A stretch of DNA of 64,000 bases, from NCBI GenBank assembly GCA_963849325.1, contig CAWKHF010000006.1, positions 64,001 to 128,000 of the forward strand, given 5' to 3'. The translations under genes were made by a program, and so were the position numbers. The notes under the pieces are model-generated. The model searched no databases. It worked only from the letters and a program-made list of their open reading frames with translations, and was not told the DNA's origin. Positions 29,800-41,600 of the stretch are shown here, in pieces; within the stretch, counting starts at the first letter, position 1, and each line of letters opens with the position of its first letter. Source of the stretch: an uncultured Planctomycetota bacterium (GTDB taxonomy: Bacteria > Planctomycetota > Planctomycetia > Gemmatales > Gemmataceae).

Positions 29800-29865
29800 A
29801 CGGAGGCTGTGCGTCCTACCAGGTTAGCAGAGAAAAATCTCCAACATAGGCACGTCCCGGAACAC

Positions 29866-29938
29866 CCTCGTTTCGCCGCGACGCGCAGCGGAGCGCGGGA
29901 CTCTCCCGCGCTCCGCTGCGCGTCGCGGCGAAACGAGG
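29866..29938. repeat. Palindromic REP-like element (family A)
   Basis: cctcgtttcgccgcgacgcgcagcggagcgcggga ... tcccgcgctccgctgcgcgtcgcggcgaaacgagg; compensatory C/G change relative to other copies. Confidence 0.92.
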
Positions 29939-30028
29939 AAGCCATTGAGGAAACATTCGACACCGGCTCCGCGGCGAGATAGGATGAGGGTCAAGACAGC
30001 GGAACCTCCCTTCCCAGCGGAGGAACTC

Positions 30029-32436
30029 ATGATCGTCTTTGCCTGCGCCGGCTGCAAGCAGAACCTTCGCGTGGATGCCGTCTTCGCCGGCCAGCGGGTC
30101 CGTTGTCCTCGTTGTGGGCAGGTCAATGTGGCGCCCGCCCTCACCCCCGAACCCTCCGAACCGTCTTCTCCTCTCCGGGCGACGCCGGCCCTGGCCGACA
30201 CGGTCGCCTCGTTGCCAGCCCCCGTAGACCCTTCCAGCGCCGAGTCCGCAACGCTGTCCTCGCAGGCGCCGGCGCAGCAGCAGGAGACGACGGTCGCGGC
30301 GCCGATGGCGATTCCGGTTGCCGCTCCCCTCGCGTCGGACCTTCGAGGCAAGCTGGCCGGCATCCTGGCGCCGCCGCAACGGCCCGACGAGATCGGCCGC
30401 CTGGGCGGCTATCGCGTGCTGAAAGTGCTCGGCGCCGGCGGCATGGGCGTTGTCTTCCTGGCCGAGGACGTACAGCTCAAGCGGCCGGTGGCCCTCAAGG
30501 CGATGCTGCCCACCTTGGCCGAGGAGACGACGCATCGGCAGCGCTTCCTGCGCAAGGCGCAAGCCGCCGCCGCCGTCGAACACGATCATGTTGTGCCCAT
30601 CTTTCAAGTCGGTCAGGATCGCGGCGTGCCCTTTTTGGCCATGCCTCTGCTCAAGGGCGAATCGCTGGAGGCGCGATTGCGGCGCGAGGGCAAGTTGTCC
30701 CTGGCCGAGGTAGTGCGGATCGGCCGGGAGATCGCCGAGGGGTTGGCCGCCGCCCACGAGCGCGGCCTGGTCCACCGCGACATCAAGCCGGGCAATGTCT
30801 GGCTGGAGGGCGACAAGGGCCGGGTCAAGATCCTCGATTTCGGCCTGGCGCGGGCGCTGGAGGATGGCGCCCCGCTGACGCAGCCCGGCGCGGTGCTGGG
30901 CACGCCGGCGTACATGGCGCCGGAGCAGGTCAACGCCGACCGGGTGGACCATCGCGCCGACCTGTTCAGCCTGGGTTGTGTCCTCTATCGCCTGGCCACC
31001 GGCAAGTTGGCCTTCCGCGGCACCGATCCCCTCACGACGTTCACGGCCGTCCTCACCCAACAGCCGCCCGACCCGCGCCAGCTCAACCCGGACCTGCCGC
31101 CGACCCTGGCCGATCTCATCGTGCGCCTGCTGGCCAAGGATCCCGCCGACCGTCCTCCCTCCGCCCGAGCCGTGGCGGACGAGCTGCTCGACCTGGCGGG
31201 AGAACGAACCGAGGCGTTGCCTTCCCCTCGGACGACCGGCGCAAGCGCTTCCCCGTTGCGGTCGGTCGCTCCCGCCGACGGGTGGGGGTGGTGGTCGTGC
31301 TGGCCTTGTTCGGCCTGGCGGGCATCACGGCGGCCCTCGCCGTCTATCGCATCCACACCGATACGGGCGAGCTGGTCATCCAGACCCACGACGACGACGT
31401 CGAGGTGGTCATCAAGCAGGGCGGCAAGGTCGTCCGCGTGATCGACACGCGAACCGGCAAGTCGATCGAGTTGAAGTCCGGCGAATACGAGTTGGAGTTG
31501 AAGGGGAGACCGAGCGGATTGAAGCTGGACCTGAGCAAAGTAACGCTCAAGCGAGGCCAGACGGTGCTGGCGACCATCGAGAAGAATGGGCCGGTCGCCA
31601 AGAAGCCGGCCAAGGGAGAAGTACTCGTCGCCAAGGACGGCAGCGGTTCGTACACCTCGCTGCGTCAGGCCGTGCTGGAGGCCAAGGCCGGCGCCATTCT
31701 TCGCGTCCGCCCCGGAACCTATAACGAGGAGGAAATCGTCGTCCACCGGAACTTGACCATCGTCGGCGACGGACCCGGCGGGGGAGTCGTGATCGAGTTC
31801 GCCAAGGATAGCCCGAATGGCTTTCACTTGCTGGCCGAACGCGCGATTCTGCGCAACCTGACGGTTCGCAGTCCCCAGGGCAGCGCCGTCTGGACGGACA
31901 GCGGCAAACACGTCCTGGAGGATTGCGTCTTCACCAGCCGCAACGAGAACAAGGGCGAGGAGGCGTCCGTGGTGGTACAGGCGCCGGCTTCCCTTGTCCT
32001 GCGGCGATGCCAGGTCCGCCGCACCGTGCAGGCGTGCGGCGTCATCGTCCGACCGGCGGCGCGGGCGGAGTTGGAAGACTGCGAGGTGTTCGACAGCAGC
32101 TACCAGGGCGTCTGGGTCGATGGCGACGGACAAGTCGTCTTGAAGAAGTGCCGTATCCACGACAACAAGTTAAACGGTGTCTTCGTGGACGACAGCAAAG
32201 GCCTCGTCACCCTGGAGGATTGCGAGTTGGCCGGGAATGGCCTTTCCGGCGTGTCCACGAACCAGGGCACGGCGAACCTCCACGGCTGCCGGATCAACCG
32301 CAACCTGTGTTACGGGGTGGGAGTGGAAAAGAAAGGCAACGCCACGGTGGAGGGCTGCGACCTGACCGGGAATGTTCAGGGCGCGTGGTACATCGAACCG
32401 GAATGCAAGGTCCAGCGCAAGGACAACAAGGAATAA
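30029..32436 (+). CDS. Ser/Thr kinase with N-terminal zinc ribbon, TM helix and C-terminal right-handed beta-helix (frameshift ~31275)
   Basis: 'CAGC..CPRC', 'LGAGGMG', 'HRDIKPGN', 'DFGLA', 'GTPAYMAPEQ'; other frame has a TM, 'VRPGTY.E' and 'CRIHDN..NGV' repeats. Confidence 0.88.
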
Positions 32437-32443
32437 GAGCTTA

Positions 32444-32514
32444 CTCGTTTAGCCGCGACGCGCAGCGGAGCGCGGGACTCTCCCGCGCTCCGCTGCGCGT
32501 CGCGGCTAAACGAG
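32444..32514. repeat. Palindromic REP-like element (family A)
   Basis: ctcgtttagccgcgacgcgcagcggagcgcggga ... cgcggctaaacgag. Confidence 0.92.
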
Positions 32515-32664
32515 GAGCCGGTTTTTCTCGTTCGCGCCGGCGCCGACTCCGCGGTTGCCCTCCTTTTCGCAGGTGGGGGCTTTCCCCTCCCGCCCCCCAT
32601 GTGGTAAAAGAGGTACAGGGTCCGTCTCGCCGCCGAGGTACTGCCTGACGTTCGGGGAACGCTC

Positions 32665-33580
32665 ATGGGGATTTACGACCGCGATTACGTTCGTCGGGAA
32701 GGGCCGAGCTTCCTGGGTACCTTTGGGGAGCGCGGCTGCGTCTGCAAGTGGCTGGTCGGCATCAACGTCGTCGCCTTCATCGTCCAGATCCTGACTCTGC
32801 CGGGTGGGGCCGTCGAGGACAGCCTGGGTTGGTTCACCGGCGCCTTCCAGCTCGACGTCGATCACGTCCTGCACGGCCAGGTCTGGCGCCTGCTGACTTA
32901 CGCCTTCCTGCACGATCCCGGCACGATCTGGCACATCCTCATCAACATGTTGTTTTTGTGGTGGTTCGGCACCGACGTCGAGGATCTGTACGGACCGCGC
33001 GAGTTTTTGACCTTTTACCTGACGTCGGCATTCGTGGGCGGTCTGGCTTTCTTCCTCAGTTCCCTGGCCTGGATGCCGACGGCGGCGCCGTGCCTGGGCG
33101 CCTCAGGTGGGGTGATGGCCGTGCTGACGCTGTGCGCCATCCACTATCCGCGGCGCGTCCTCCTACTGTTCTTCATCCTGCCGGTGCCGATCTGGCTGTT
33201 CCTGTTCATTTTCCTGGCCAGCGACGCCTATGTCTTCCTGCGCCGGGCCGACAGCGGCACGGCGGTGGCCGCCCACCTTGGCGGCGCCCTGTTCGCCGGC
33301 ATTTACCATCGTCTGCACTGGCGCCTGAGCGACGGCCTCTCGCAGCTGCGTAGCTGGCGCCGTCAGCTGTTCCGGCCGCGCCTGCGCGTCTACCGCGAAG
33401 AGGGAGTCCGGACCCCGGTCGGCGTCCACGCCGCGGCCGCGCCGCCGGACGACGAACAGCTGGAGGCCAAGATGGACGCCATCCTGGAGAAGCTTTCTCG
33501 CGTCGGCAAGGAGAACCTCACCGAGAACGAACGCCAGTTGCTGCTGCGCCAGCGAGGTCTTCCGCCGCCGCCGCAGTTGA
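32665..33580 (+). CDS. Rhomboid intramembrane serine protease with C-terminal helical domain (frameshift ~33550)
   Basis: 'WRLLTYAFLH', 'HILINM', catalytic 'GASG', 'AHLGG', 'DAILEKLSRVG..LT..ER'. Confidence 0.92.
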
Positions 33581-33601
33581 CGGTTCGAGGAGAGATACCC
33601 C

Positions 33602-33829
33602 ATGCCGCTTTACGAATATACCTGTCGCGCTTGCGAGCACGCCTTCGAGACGCTGGTTTTCGACGGCGAAGACATCGAGTGCCCTCGCTGCCACGGTCAC
33701 CAGCTTCAGCGCCAGTGGAGCGTACCGGCCCGGCCGCGTGTCGAAAGCGAAGCGCTGCCGATGAGCTGCAATCCCAACCTGCCGCCCTGCGGTCCCGGCT
33801 GCTGCCGTCTACCGCCCGGCTCGGATTGA
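33602..33829 (+). CDS. FmdB-family zinc-ribbon protein
   Basis: 'MPLYEYTCRAC..FE', 'CPRC', Cys-rich tail. Confidence 0.88.
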   Translation: MPLYEYTCRACEHAFETLVFDGEDIECPRCHGHQLQRQWSVPARPRVESEALPMSCNPNLPPCGPGCCRLPPGSD

Positions 33830-33978
33830 TCGTCCCGCCGAACCGAGCCGCGACCGTCAGGGAGCGGGGCGTTCTCCGCTCCCTAACGGTCGCGGCTCGG
33901 ATTGATCGTCCCGCCGAACCGAGCCGCGACCGTCAGGGAGCGGGGCTTTCTCCGCTCCCTGACGGTCGCGGCTCGGTT
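33817..33978. repeat. Tandem pair (~76-bp unit) of palindromic elements (family C)
   Basis: ccgagccgcgaccgtcagggagcgg ... ccgctccct(a/g)acggtcgcggctcgg twice; third copy at 60179. Confidence 0.92.
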
Positions 33979-35230
33979 TGTTCCGCTCCCTCTCAGCATC
34001 CGCCGGCGGCCAGCGCCCCCAGCGACAGCAGCCACCACAGCGAACGCCAGCTCCCGCGGATCGGCGGTATCGCGTCCGCTCGGCAGGGACGGCGAGGCGA
34101 GGTCCAGGTCGGTTGTACCTGCGGCTCGACCTCCGACCGGCCCGCGCAACAGTGGATTTGGTTGAGGGCAGTTCATCCGGCGTCGGTGGCGCGAGGGGCG
34201 TTTGCGCCCACGGCACCAGGGCATCCGCCACCTCGGCCGGCGTTCGCGGTCGTTTCGCCGGCTCCTTGGCCAGCATCCGCGCCATCAACACCGCCATCTC
34301 GCCCGGCACCTCGCGCCGCAACTCCCGCACGTCCGGCGGCGGCTTCATCTGGTGCGCCAGCATCTTTTGCTTCAGCGTCCCGCCGTCGAAGGGCGGCCGG
34401 CCCGTCAGCAAGTAAAAAAACGTCGCTCCCAGGCTGTAAATGTCCGCTCGAATATCGACCGCGTGACTATCGCGGCCCTGCTCCGGGGCCAGGTAGTCCG
34501 CCGTGCCCAGGACCGCCTTGGCGTTGTGCTCGCGCGTCAGGGCGTCGGTCTCGTCCAGGAAGAACCGCGCCAGTCCCAGGTCGAGTACCTTGATGATGCC
34601 GGCCCGGCTGACGAGCAGGTTGGCCGGCTTGACGTCGCGGTGGACCAGGCCCGCCTCGTGAGCGTGCTGTAAGCCCAGGGCCGCCTGCCGAACGTAGTGA
34701 GCCGCTCGCTCCGGCGTCAGTCGGCCCCGGCGGTCCACCAACTCTTGCAGGGTCACGCCGTCGAGGTATTCCATCACCAAAAAGTAGACCGCGCCGTCGG
34801 ACTCCAGGTCGTAGGCGCGGACAATGTTGGGGTGATCGAGGACGGCGGCGGCTTGGGCCTCGCGGAGGAAGCGGCCGAGGCAGGCCGGATCTTCCGCGCG
34901 CTCGCCCGGCAGCACCTTGAGGGCCACCGCTCGTCTCATCCGCACGTGCTCGGCCAAAAACACCGTGCCCATGCCTCCGGCGCCGAGTCGATTCAGCAGC
35001 CGGTATTTACCCAGTACGAACCCTTTGCAGCGACCGTGAAGCAGCTGCTCGGCCTGGAAGCTCGTCAGTAAGCCGTCGCGCACCAGCTGAGCGGCCAGGG
35101 ACGCCGGCTGTCCCGGCAGAGGTTCCGCACGCCGCAGTCGGCCAAGGTAGCCGTCCAGCTCTCGCGGCTCCAGCAGACCGCTCCGCGACACCAGTCCGAG
35201 AAAATCAGCGACGGTTGCCGGCGCGGGCAT
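33857..35230 (-). CDS. Ser/Thr protein kinase; 3' end uncertain (runs into repeats)
   Basis: 'LTSFQAEQLL.G', 'LGAGGMG', 'HRDVKPAN', 'DLGLA', 'GTADYLAPEQ'. Confidence 0.88.
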   Translation of the reverse strand: MPAPATVADFLGLVSRSGLLEPRELDGYLGRLRRAEPLPGQPASLAAQLVRDGLLTSFQAEQLLHGRCKGFVLGKYRLLNRLGAGGMGTVFLAEHVRMRRAVALKVLPGERAEDPACLGRFLREAQAAAVLDHPNIVRAYDLESDGAVYFLVMEYLDGVTLQELVDRRGRLTPERAAHYVRQAALGLQHAHEAGLVHRDVKPANLLVSRAGIIKVLDLGLARFFLDETDALTREHNAKAVLGTADYLAPEQGRDSHAVDIRADIYSLGATFFYLLTGRPPFDGGTLKQKMLAHQMKPPPDVRELRREVPGEMAVLMARMLAKEPAKRPRTPAEVADALVPWAQTPLAPPTPDELPSTKSTVARAGRRSSRRYNRPGPRLAVPAERTRYRRSAGAGVRCGGCCRWGRWPPADAERERNKPSRDRQGAEKAPLPDGRGSVRRDDQSEPRPLGSGERPAP

Positions 35231-35435
35231 AAATCAGCCGCTTGCGGACGGGAGAGTAGAAGGAACGCAAGGAGGGGGAAGACATCACTCCCCTAAATGT
35301 GGCATGGATTCCGCGAATTGGCAAGAAACGCACGGTTTTTTCCATCGGCGCGAATCTGTCCGCTTCGCCCTCCGACTGCGTTGGATCCGATGAGTCCGGC
35401 GAAAACGTAAACCCTCTTGGAAAAAGGAACGTGTC

Positions 35436-36124
35436 ATGTTTCCCCGCACCACCCTGGTCCTGCTCGCGGCCCTCGGCTGTCTGTCGGCCACCCGCCTCGC
35501 CCTTGCCTCCTCGGAGTCGGACGACGAAGACGAGAAGGCCAACATCCCCCAGCAGGTCAGCGGCGCCTTCCTGATCCAACCCAACGCGGTGAATGTCCGG
35601 CGCCTGCCGACGGCGAACCAGCGGGTCTTTCTCTTTAGCGAGGGCCGGCTGGGACAGAAGGTAGGGGACGGCGAATGCGCCACCCTGGCCCAGCGCGCCC
35701 TCGAATCCGCCACCGGGCGTCCCTTCCGCGTGACCTCCGTGGCCGGCATCCGGGCGACTACGTCTGGGGCAAACCCATCGCCACCTTCAAGCCGGGGACG
35801 GCGCGTGGCGTCAGTTCGCTGATGGCCGGCGACATCCTGCAATACCGCAATGCCCGCTTTTCCGGGCGGCAAAACCTGCCCGACGGCGGCCGGCGCTCGT
35901 GGAGCTACTCGGCCCTGCACCATACCGCCGTCGTCGTCGGCGTTCGCGGCGATGTCGTGACGGTCCTGGAACAGAACAGCGACGGCCGCCGCTACGTGGT
36001 CACGAATGTCTATGCCCTGCACGAAATGAAGCAGGGGACCATCAAGGCATACCGGCCGCAGGTCGCCGCGCCCGCGCCACGGCCTCCTCAGGTGAAGCTC
36101 CCGAAATTGCCCAAACCGTTCTGA
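35436..36124 (+). CDS. Secreted CHAP-like/papain-fold cysteine hydrolase (frameshift ~35745)
   Basis: Signal peptide; 'GQKVGDGEC..LA', 'GDILQY', 'HHTAVV', 'VLEQN'. Confidence 0.65.
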
Positions 36125-36147
36125 TACACATTCCCAGGGATGGTATC

Positions 36148-36215
36148 TCGTTTAGCCGCGACGCGCAGCGGAGCGCGGGAGATCCCGCGCTCCGCTGCGC
36201 GTCGCGGCTAAACGA
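36148..36215. repeat. Palindromic REP-like element (family A)
   Basis: tcgtttagccgcgacgcgcagcggagcgcggga ... cgcggctaaacga. Confidence 0.92.
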
Positions 36216-36395
36216 TCCGGGATGGTTCTTCATTCCGATTGATCGAGGCTTGCAATCCGGTTCCGACCACGTTAACCTGAATTTCTCGTTAGGGAAAGCA
36301 TCCGTCCTTGTCCAATCTCTCACTCGATACCGTTTCGTCCCGGCAGAAACGTATTGATCCGTCCACGTCGTTTCCTGCCGGGGAGGATCATTCGT

Positions 36396-38634
36396 ATGCG
36401 GGAGTTTCTGGCTCGGCACGGTCGCAGAGTAACCCTCCTCGCCGTAGGGATCGTGGCCTTCCTGGATTCCTGACGGCGTCGCCGTCGGCGCGCCGGCCGT
36501 CCCCGACAAGGCGGCGCCGAAGGACGCCTCGGCGCTGGCCGGCCGTGTCAAGGAACTCTTCCGCACGCGCTGCCTGGAGTGCCACGGCGGCAGCAAGACC
36601 AAAGCCGGCGTCAAGATCCTCGACCGCGAACTGCTGCTGGCCAAGGACAAGATCGTTCCCGGCAAACCCGACGAGTCGCGGTTGTTCCAACTGCTCACCG
36701 CGGAAGACGAGCCGAGGATGCCGCCGCCAGGACAGCCGCGTCTGTCGGCCGAGGATGTCGAGCTGGTGCCGCCGCTGGCTGGCCGAGGGAGCGGCCGCCT
36801 TTCCCGCCGACGTCGCTCGACCCGAGGAAACGGACAAGGAGTCCGCCTTCAAGGACGTCGTCGGCGTCGCCTACGTCCACAAGAAGATCCTCGAACACGT
36901 TCGCGGCCTGCGCCTGGAGGATCGCCGCTACGTGCGCTATTTCAGCCTCAATCATCTGCTGACCGCCGGCGTCACCCGCGACGAGCTGGAGCTGCACCGC
37001 GAGGCGCTGACCAAGGCCGTCAACCACCTCTCCTGGGAGCCGGGGCTAGTTCGGCCGCAGTCGATCGATGAGCCGGTCAACTCCCTCTTCGCCGTGGACA
37101 TCCGACGATTGGGTTGGCACAGGCAGCCGTACCAGCGCGTCCACGGCCGGCAGAAGGCCGGCCACAGTGAATTGAACCTCTTCGATCTGGTGCTGCTGGA
37201 GTATCCCTATGCGATCCTCTACGAGGATTCGGAGACCGCCGACCACCTCGCCGAGGAGTTCCTGCGTCCGGCCGGCCAGGTGCGGCCGATCGTCTCCGTG
37301 CGGGCGGACTGGTTTGTCAGCATGGCCACCCAGCCGCCGTTGTACGAAGACCTCTTGCAGCTGCCCTTCGAGCTGAAGGATCTGGAGTCCAAGTTGGGCA
37401 TCGATAGCGAGGCCAACTTCGCGACGACATCGCTCGGCGAGCGGGCATGACGGTCTCGGGAGTCTCGCGCAACAACCGCGTGGTGGAACGTCATCCCTCG
37501 AAGTACGGCGCCTACTGGAAGAGTTTCGATTTTCGCTCCAGCAAGGGCGATCAGAATATGTTCCAGGACCCGATGCACCTCAACCCGGCCGGCGGCGAGA
37601 TGATCTTCAGTCTGCCCAACGGACTTCAAGGCTACCTCCTGGCCAACGGCAAGGGCGTGCGCATCGAGACGGCGCCGACGGAGATTGTCACCGACAAGTT
37701 CGCCGAGGACCGAACGGTGCGTAACGGCCTGGCCTGCATGCGCTGTCACGACCAGGGCATGAAGACGTTCCTCGACACGGTACGGCCGGCCATGCTACGT
37801 TTGCCGGGAAGCGCCGGCCTGGACAAGCGGCAGATCCTGCAACTGTATGCGGAGCAGAAAGAGATGGACCGCCTGGTGAAAGAGGACACGGTTCGCTTTC
37901 TGTCGGCGATGCAGCGAGCGCTGGGCAAGCCGCCAGGACGAGAACCGTTGATTCCCGTGTCGCAGCGCTTCCTCGATGCGCCGTTGCCGTTGTCGGCGGC
38001 GGCGGCGGAGTTGGCCCTGGCGGAGCCGAGCGGGTTGAAGGCCGTGTTCCGCTCACCGCGGTTCGCCGCTCTGGGCCTGGTCCCGCTGTCCGGCGAGGGC
38101 GTGGTGCGGCGCGACATGTGGGAAGACTACTACGGTCAGGTGGTGCGCGACCTGGGACTGGGCATCCCCGTCGTGCCGCTCGACGGACTGACGCGCCGCG
38201 ACTTCCGGGGCGATCCGTCCCTGGACGTGGAAATGCGGACCAACAAGAAAAGCAACGTCTTCGAGCCGGGCGAGGAGATGGCGATTTACGTGAACAATCG
38301 TTCGGGCAAGGACATTTACATCGAGCTGATCGGCACCAGCGCGCGCGGCGAGAAGGTGATCCTGCCGCTGAATATGAATCGCATCGCGGCCGGTCAAGAA
38401 TATCGCTACCCGCCGACCGGAGGATTGAAGATTCGCTCGGGTGTGGGCAAGGAAGAGATCACACTGTTTGCCAGCGATGTGGAGATGCCGGCCGGTCAGT
38501 TGGTGCGAGGCCAAAGTATGGGCGATCGCGTCTATCACGCCTTCTACGACCTGCCGCCGAGCGGCAAGCGAGCGGCGCGGCGTTTTGATGCGTGGCGGCT
38601 GATGAAGAAGACCATCGACATCGAAACGCGATAA
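36396..38634 (+). CDS. Secreted c-type cytochrome protein (planctomycete CytC domain, second heme motif, DUF4384-like C-terminus); several frameshifts
   Basis: 'FRTRCLECHG', 'IVPGKPDESRL', 'RMPP', 'SGVSRNNRVVERH', 'CMRCH', 'FEPGEEMAIYV..DIYIELI'. Confidence 0.7.
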
Positions 38635-38657
38635 GGAGCGAAGAAAGCGGGTGACGC

Positions 38658-41600
38658 ATGGGCAAGGGTCTGTGGCGAGAAACGTCTCGGATCGGCGCCG
38701 GACTGCTGGCCTTGGTCGTGCTGGTCTCCGACGGCCGGACGGCCGCGCCGGCCGCCTCGGACGAATCGCCGCGCGAACAAGAACTGCTCGACGCCTACCG
38801 CAAGGGCGAGGCGTTCATCAAGCAGGGTAAGTATCGCGAGGCCGTGCCCTTTTACGGGCGTGCCCTGGAGTTGGCTCCCGCCGTCCACGGAGCCAAGAGC
38901 CGGCAAGCCGCCAACCTGATGAATAAACTGGCGAACTGTTATTGGAACCTGGGTCAGTACGCCAAGGCCGAGCCGCTTTACCAGCGCAACCTGGAGATCC
39001 GCGAGGCGCGGCTGAACGAGGAGCCTTCCGAGGTGGCCCAAAGTCTCAACAACCTCGCCGGGCTGTACGAGTCGATGGGCCATTACGACAAGGCAGAGCC
39101 GCTTTATCTGCGTAGCCTCACAATTCGAGAAGAACGGCTGGGCAAGGACCATGCCGACGTGGCCGAAAGTCTCAACAATCTCGCTGGACTGTACCGAGCG
39201 ATGGGCTGGTACGTCGAATCGGAACGGCTCTACAAGCACAGTCTGCAAATCCGCGAGGCTCGGCTGGGCAAGGACCATGCCGACGTGGCCCAAACTCTTA
39301 ACAACCTCGCCGTGCTGTACGGGTCGATGGGCCGGTACGCCGAGGCGGAACAACTCCACCAACGCAGCCTCAAGATCCGCGAGGCTCGGCTAGCCCAAGA
39401 CCATGCCGACGTGGCTCAAAGTCTCAACAACCTCGCCGTGCTGTACGAAGCGATGGGCCAGTACGACAAGGCGGAACCGCTCGGCCAACGTGGCCTCCGC
39501 ATTTTGGAGGCTCGGCTGGGCAAGGACCATCCGCGTGTGGCCACGAGCCTCAACAACCTGGCCGGGCTGTATGCGTCCATGCGCCAGTACGACAAGGCCG
39601 AGCCGCTTTATCAGCGCAGCCTCCGGATTATGGAAGCCTGGCTGGGAAAAGATCATCCTCACCTGGCGACGTGTCACAATAATCTGGCCGTGCTGTACAA
39701 GTCCATGGGACAGTACGACAAGGCCGTACCGCTCTACCAGCGTAGCCTCCGGATCCGCAAGGATCGGCTCGGTGAGGACCATCCGCTCGTGGCCGTCAGC
39801 CTCAACAACCTGGCCCAGCTGTTCGAGACCATGAACCATCCTGCCGAGGCGGAGCCGCTCTATCGAAGCAGCCTCCGGATTTCGGAGGCGCGGCTGGGCG
39901 CGCACCATCCGCAAGTGGCCACGAGCCTCAACAACCTGGCCACGCTGTATGCGGCGATGGAGCGCTGGGACGAGGCCACGGACGCCCTGGAGAGAGCGTG
40001 CCGCGGTCGGCACCATCACGTCCAGCACGTCCTCCCCGCCCTGTCCGAACGCGAGCAATTGACTTTTCTCCATGCCAACCACGAGCCGGGACTTCGCAGC
40101 GCCCTCTCGCTCGCCCTGCTCCGCGCCAAAAGCACGCGGGGTCTGTCCGATCATGCCGACTGGCTGAGTAACGGCAAAGCCCTGGCCCAGCAATCTCTTG
40201 CCGAGCAGATCTTGCTGACGCGCGATGCCGCCGGAGCCAACGCCGACACGGTTCGACAACTGTTCGACGTTCGGCGCCGCCTCGCCGCCCTCACCCTGGC
40301 TGCCCCCGCATCGGGACAGGAGACGCCGCGCCGCCAGCAGATCCAGGACATGAGCCGGCAGGAGCAGGAGTTGGCCAAACGCCTAGCCCATGCACATGGC
40401 CGGAAGCTCTCGGGAAAACCCTGGATCGAACTCAAGGAGCTTCGCAAGGCCATCCCCGCCGACGGCGTCTTCCTCGACATCGCCCGCTTCGGCGTCTTCG
40501 ACTTCCAGGCCAGGGGCGACGAACGAAAATGGCGGCCGGCCCACTACGCCGCCTTCGTCATCCCCGCCGCAGGCAAGGGACACGTCCGCCTCATCGATCT
40601 GGGCGAGGCCGAGGCCATCGATCGGGCCGTCCAGTCGCTGCGGCAGGCGTTGCAGCAGGCGCCGCAAACGATCCGCGTGCAGGGAGAGCCGGACAGTGAA
40701 AAGGAAGTGCTCGAACCGTTGCGGGCCTTGAGCCGCCTGGTGCTGGGGCCGCTGCTGCCGCACATCGGCCAGAGCCAGCGCTGGCTGGTCAGTCCCGATG
40801 GTGCCCTGTGGCTGGTGCCGTGGGCCGCCCTGCCGCTGGAGGACGGCAGCTATGTCATCGAGAAGCACTCTCTCCGCTATCTCGTCAACGGACGCGACCT
40901 CGTTGCCAATACCGAGGCGAACAAGGACCGGGACGGGGCGGCTCACCTGTTCGCGGACCCCGACTTCGATCTGGCACCCGCCGAGGCCGCGACGAGGGCG
41001 GCCGAGCCGGTCCTGCGGGGCCTGTCGCTTCCAGCCGTGGCTCGTCTTCCCGGCACGGCCCGCGAGGCGGCTTTGGTGGCGCCGAAGCTGCGCCAGTTGA
41101 CCGGCAAGGAGCCGGCGGTGCATACCGGCGCGGGGGCCAGCGAGAGGCAGGTCAAGGCGATCCGTCGGCCGCGACTGTTGATGCTGTCCACGCATGGCTT
41201 CTTTCTACCCGATCCGGAGAAGATGCTGGACAAGTCCGGTAAGAAGCTGGAGAATCCGCTGTTGCGTTGCGGTCTGTTGCTGGCCGGCTGCAATCAGCGA
41301 CAGAAGGCGGCCGAGGGCGAAGAAGACGGCGTCTTGACGGGACTGGAAATCGTCGGCCTGGACCTGCGTGGCACGGAACTGGTGGTGCTCAGCGCCTGCG
41401 AGACCGGACTGGGTGACGTGCGCAACGGCGAAGGGGTGGCGGGGCTGCGTCAGGCGTTTCAATTGGCCGGGGCGCAGTCGGTGCTGGCCACGCTCTGGCA
41501 GATTCCCGACCGCGAGACGGCCCAGTTGATGAGCGACTTTTGCGATAACCTGGCTCGTGGCAAAGACCGAGCGGATGCCTTGTGTGAGGCGCAGCGGGGC

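Noticed and set aside
33817-33978. CRISPR array
   Set aside because: Only two units, with near-identical intervening sequence and no unique spacers or cas genes. Another copy is dispersed at 60179.
38900-39960. Long DNA repeat array
   Set aside because: Explained by 42-aa TPR coding repeats of the CHAT protein. The WD40 repeats at 45.7-47.5 kb are explained the same way.
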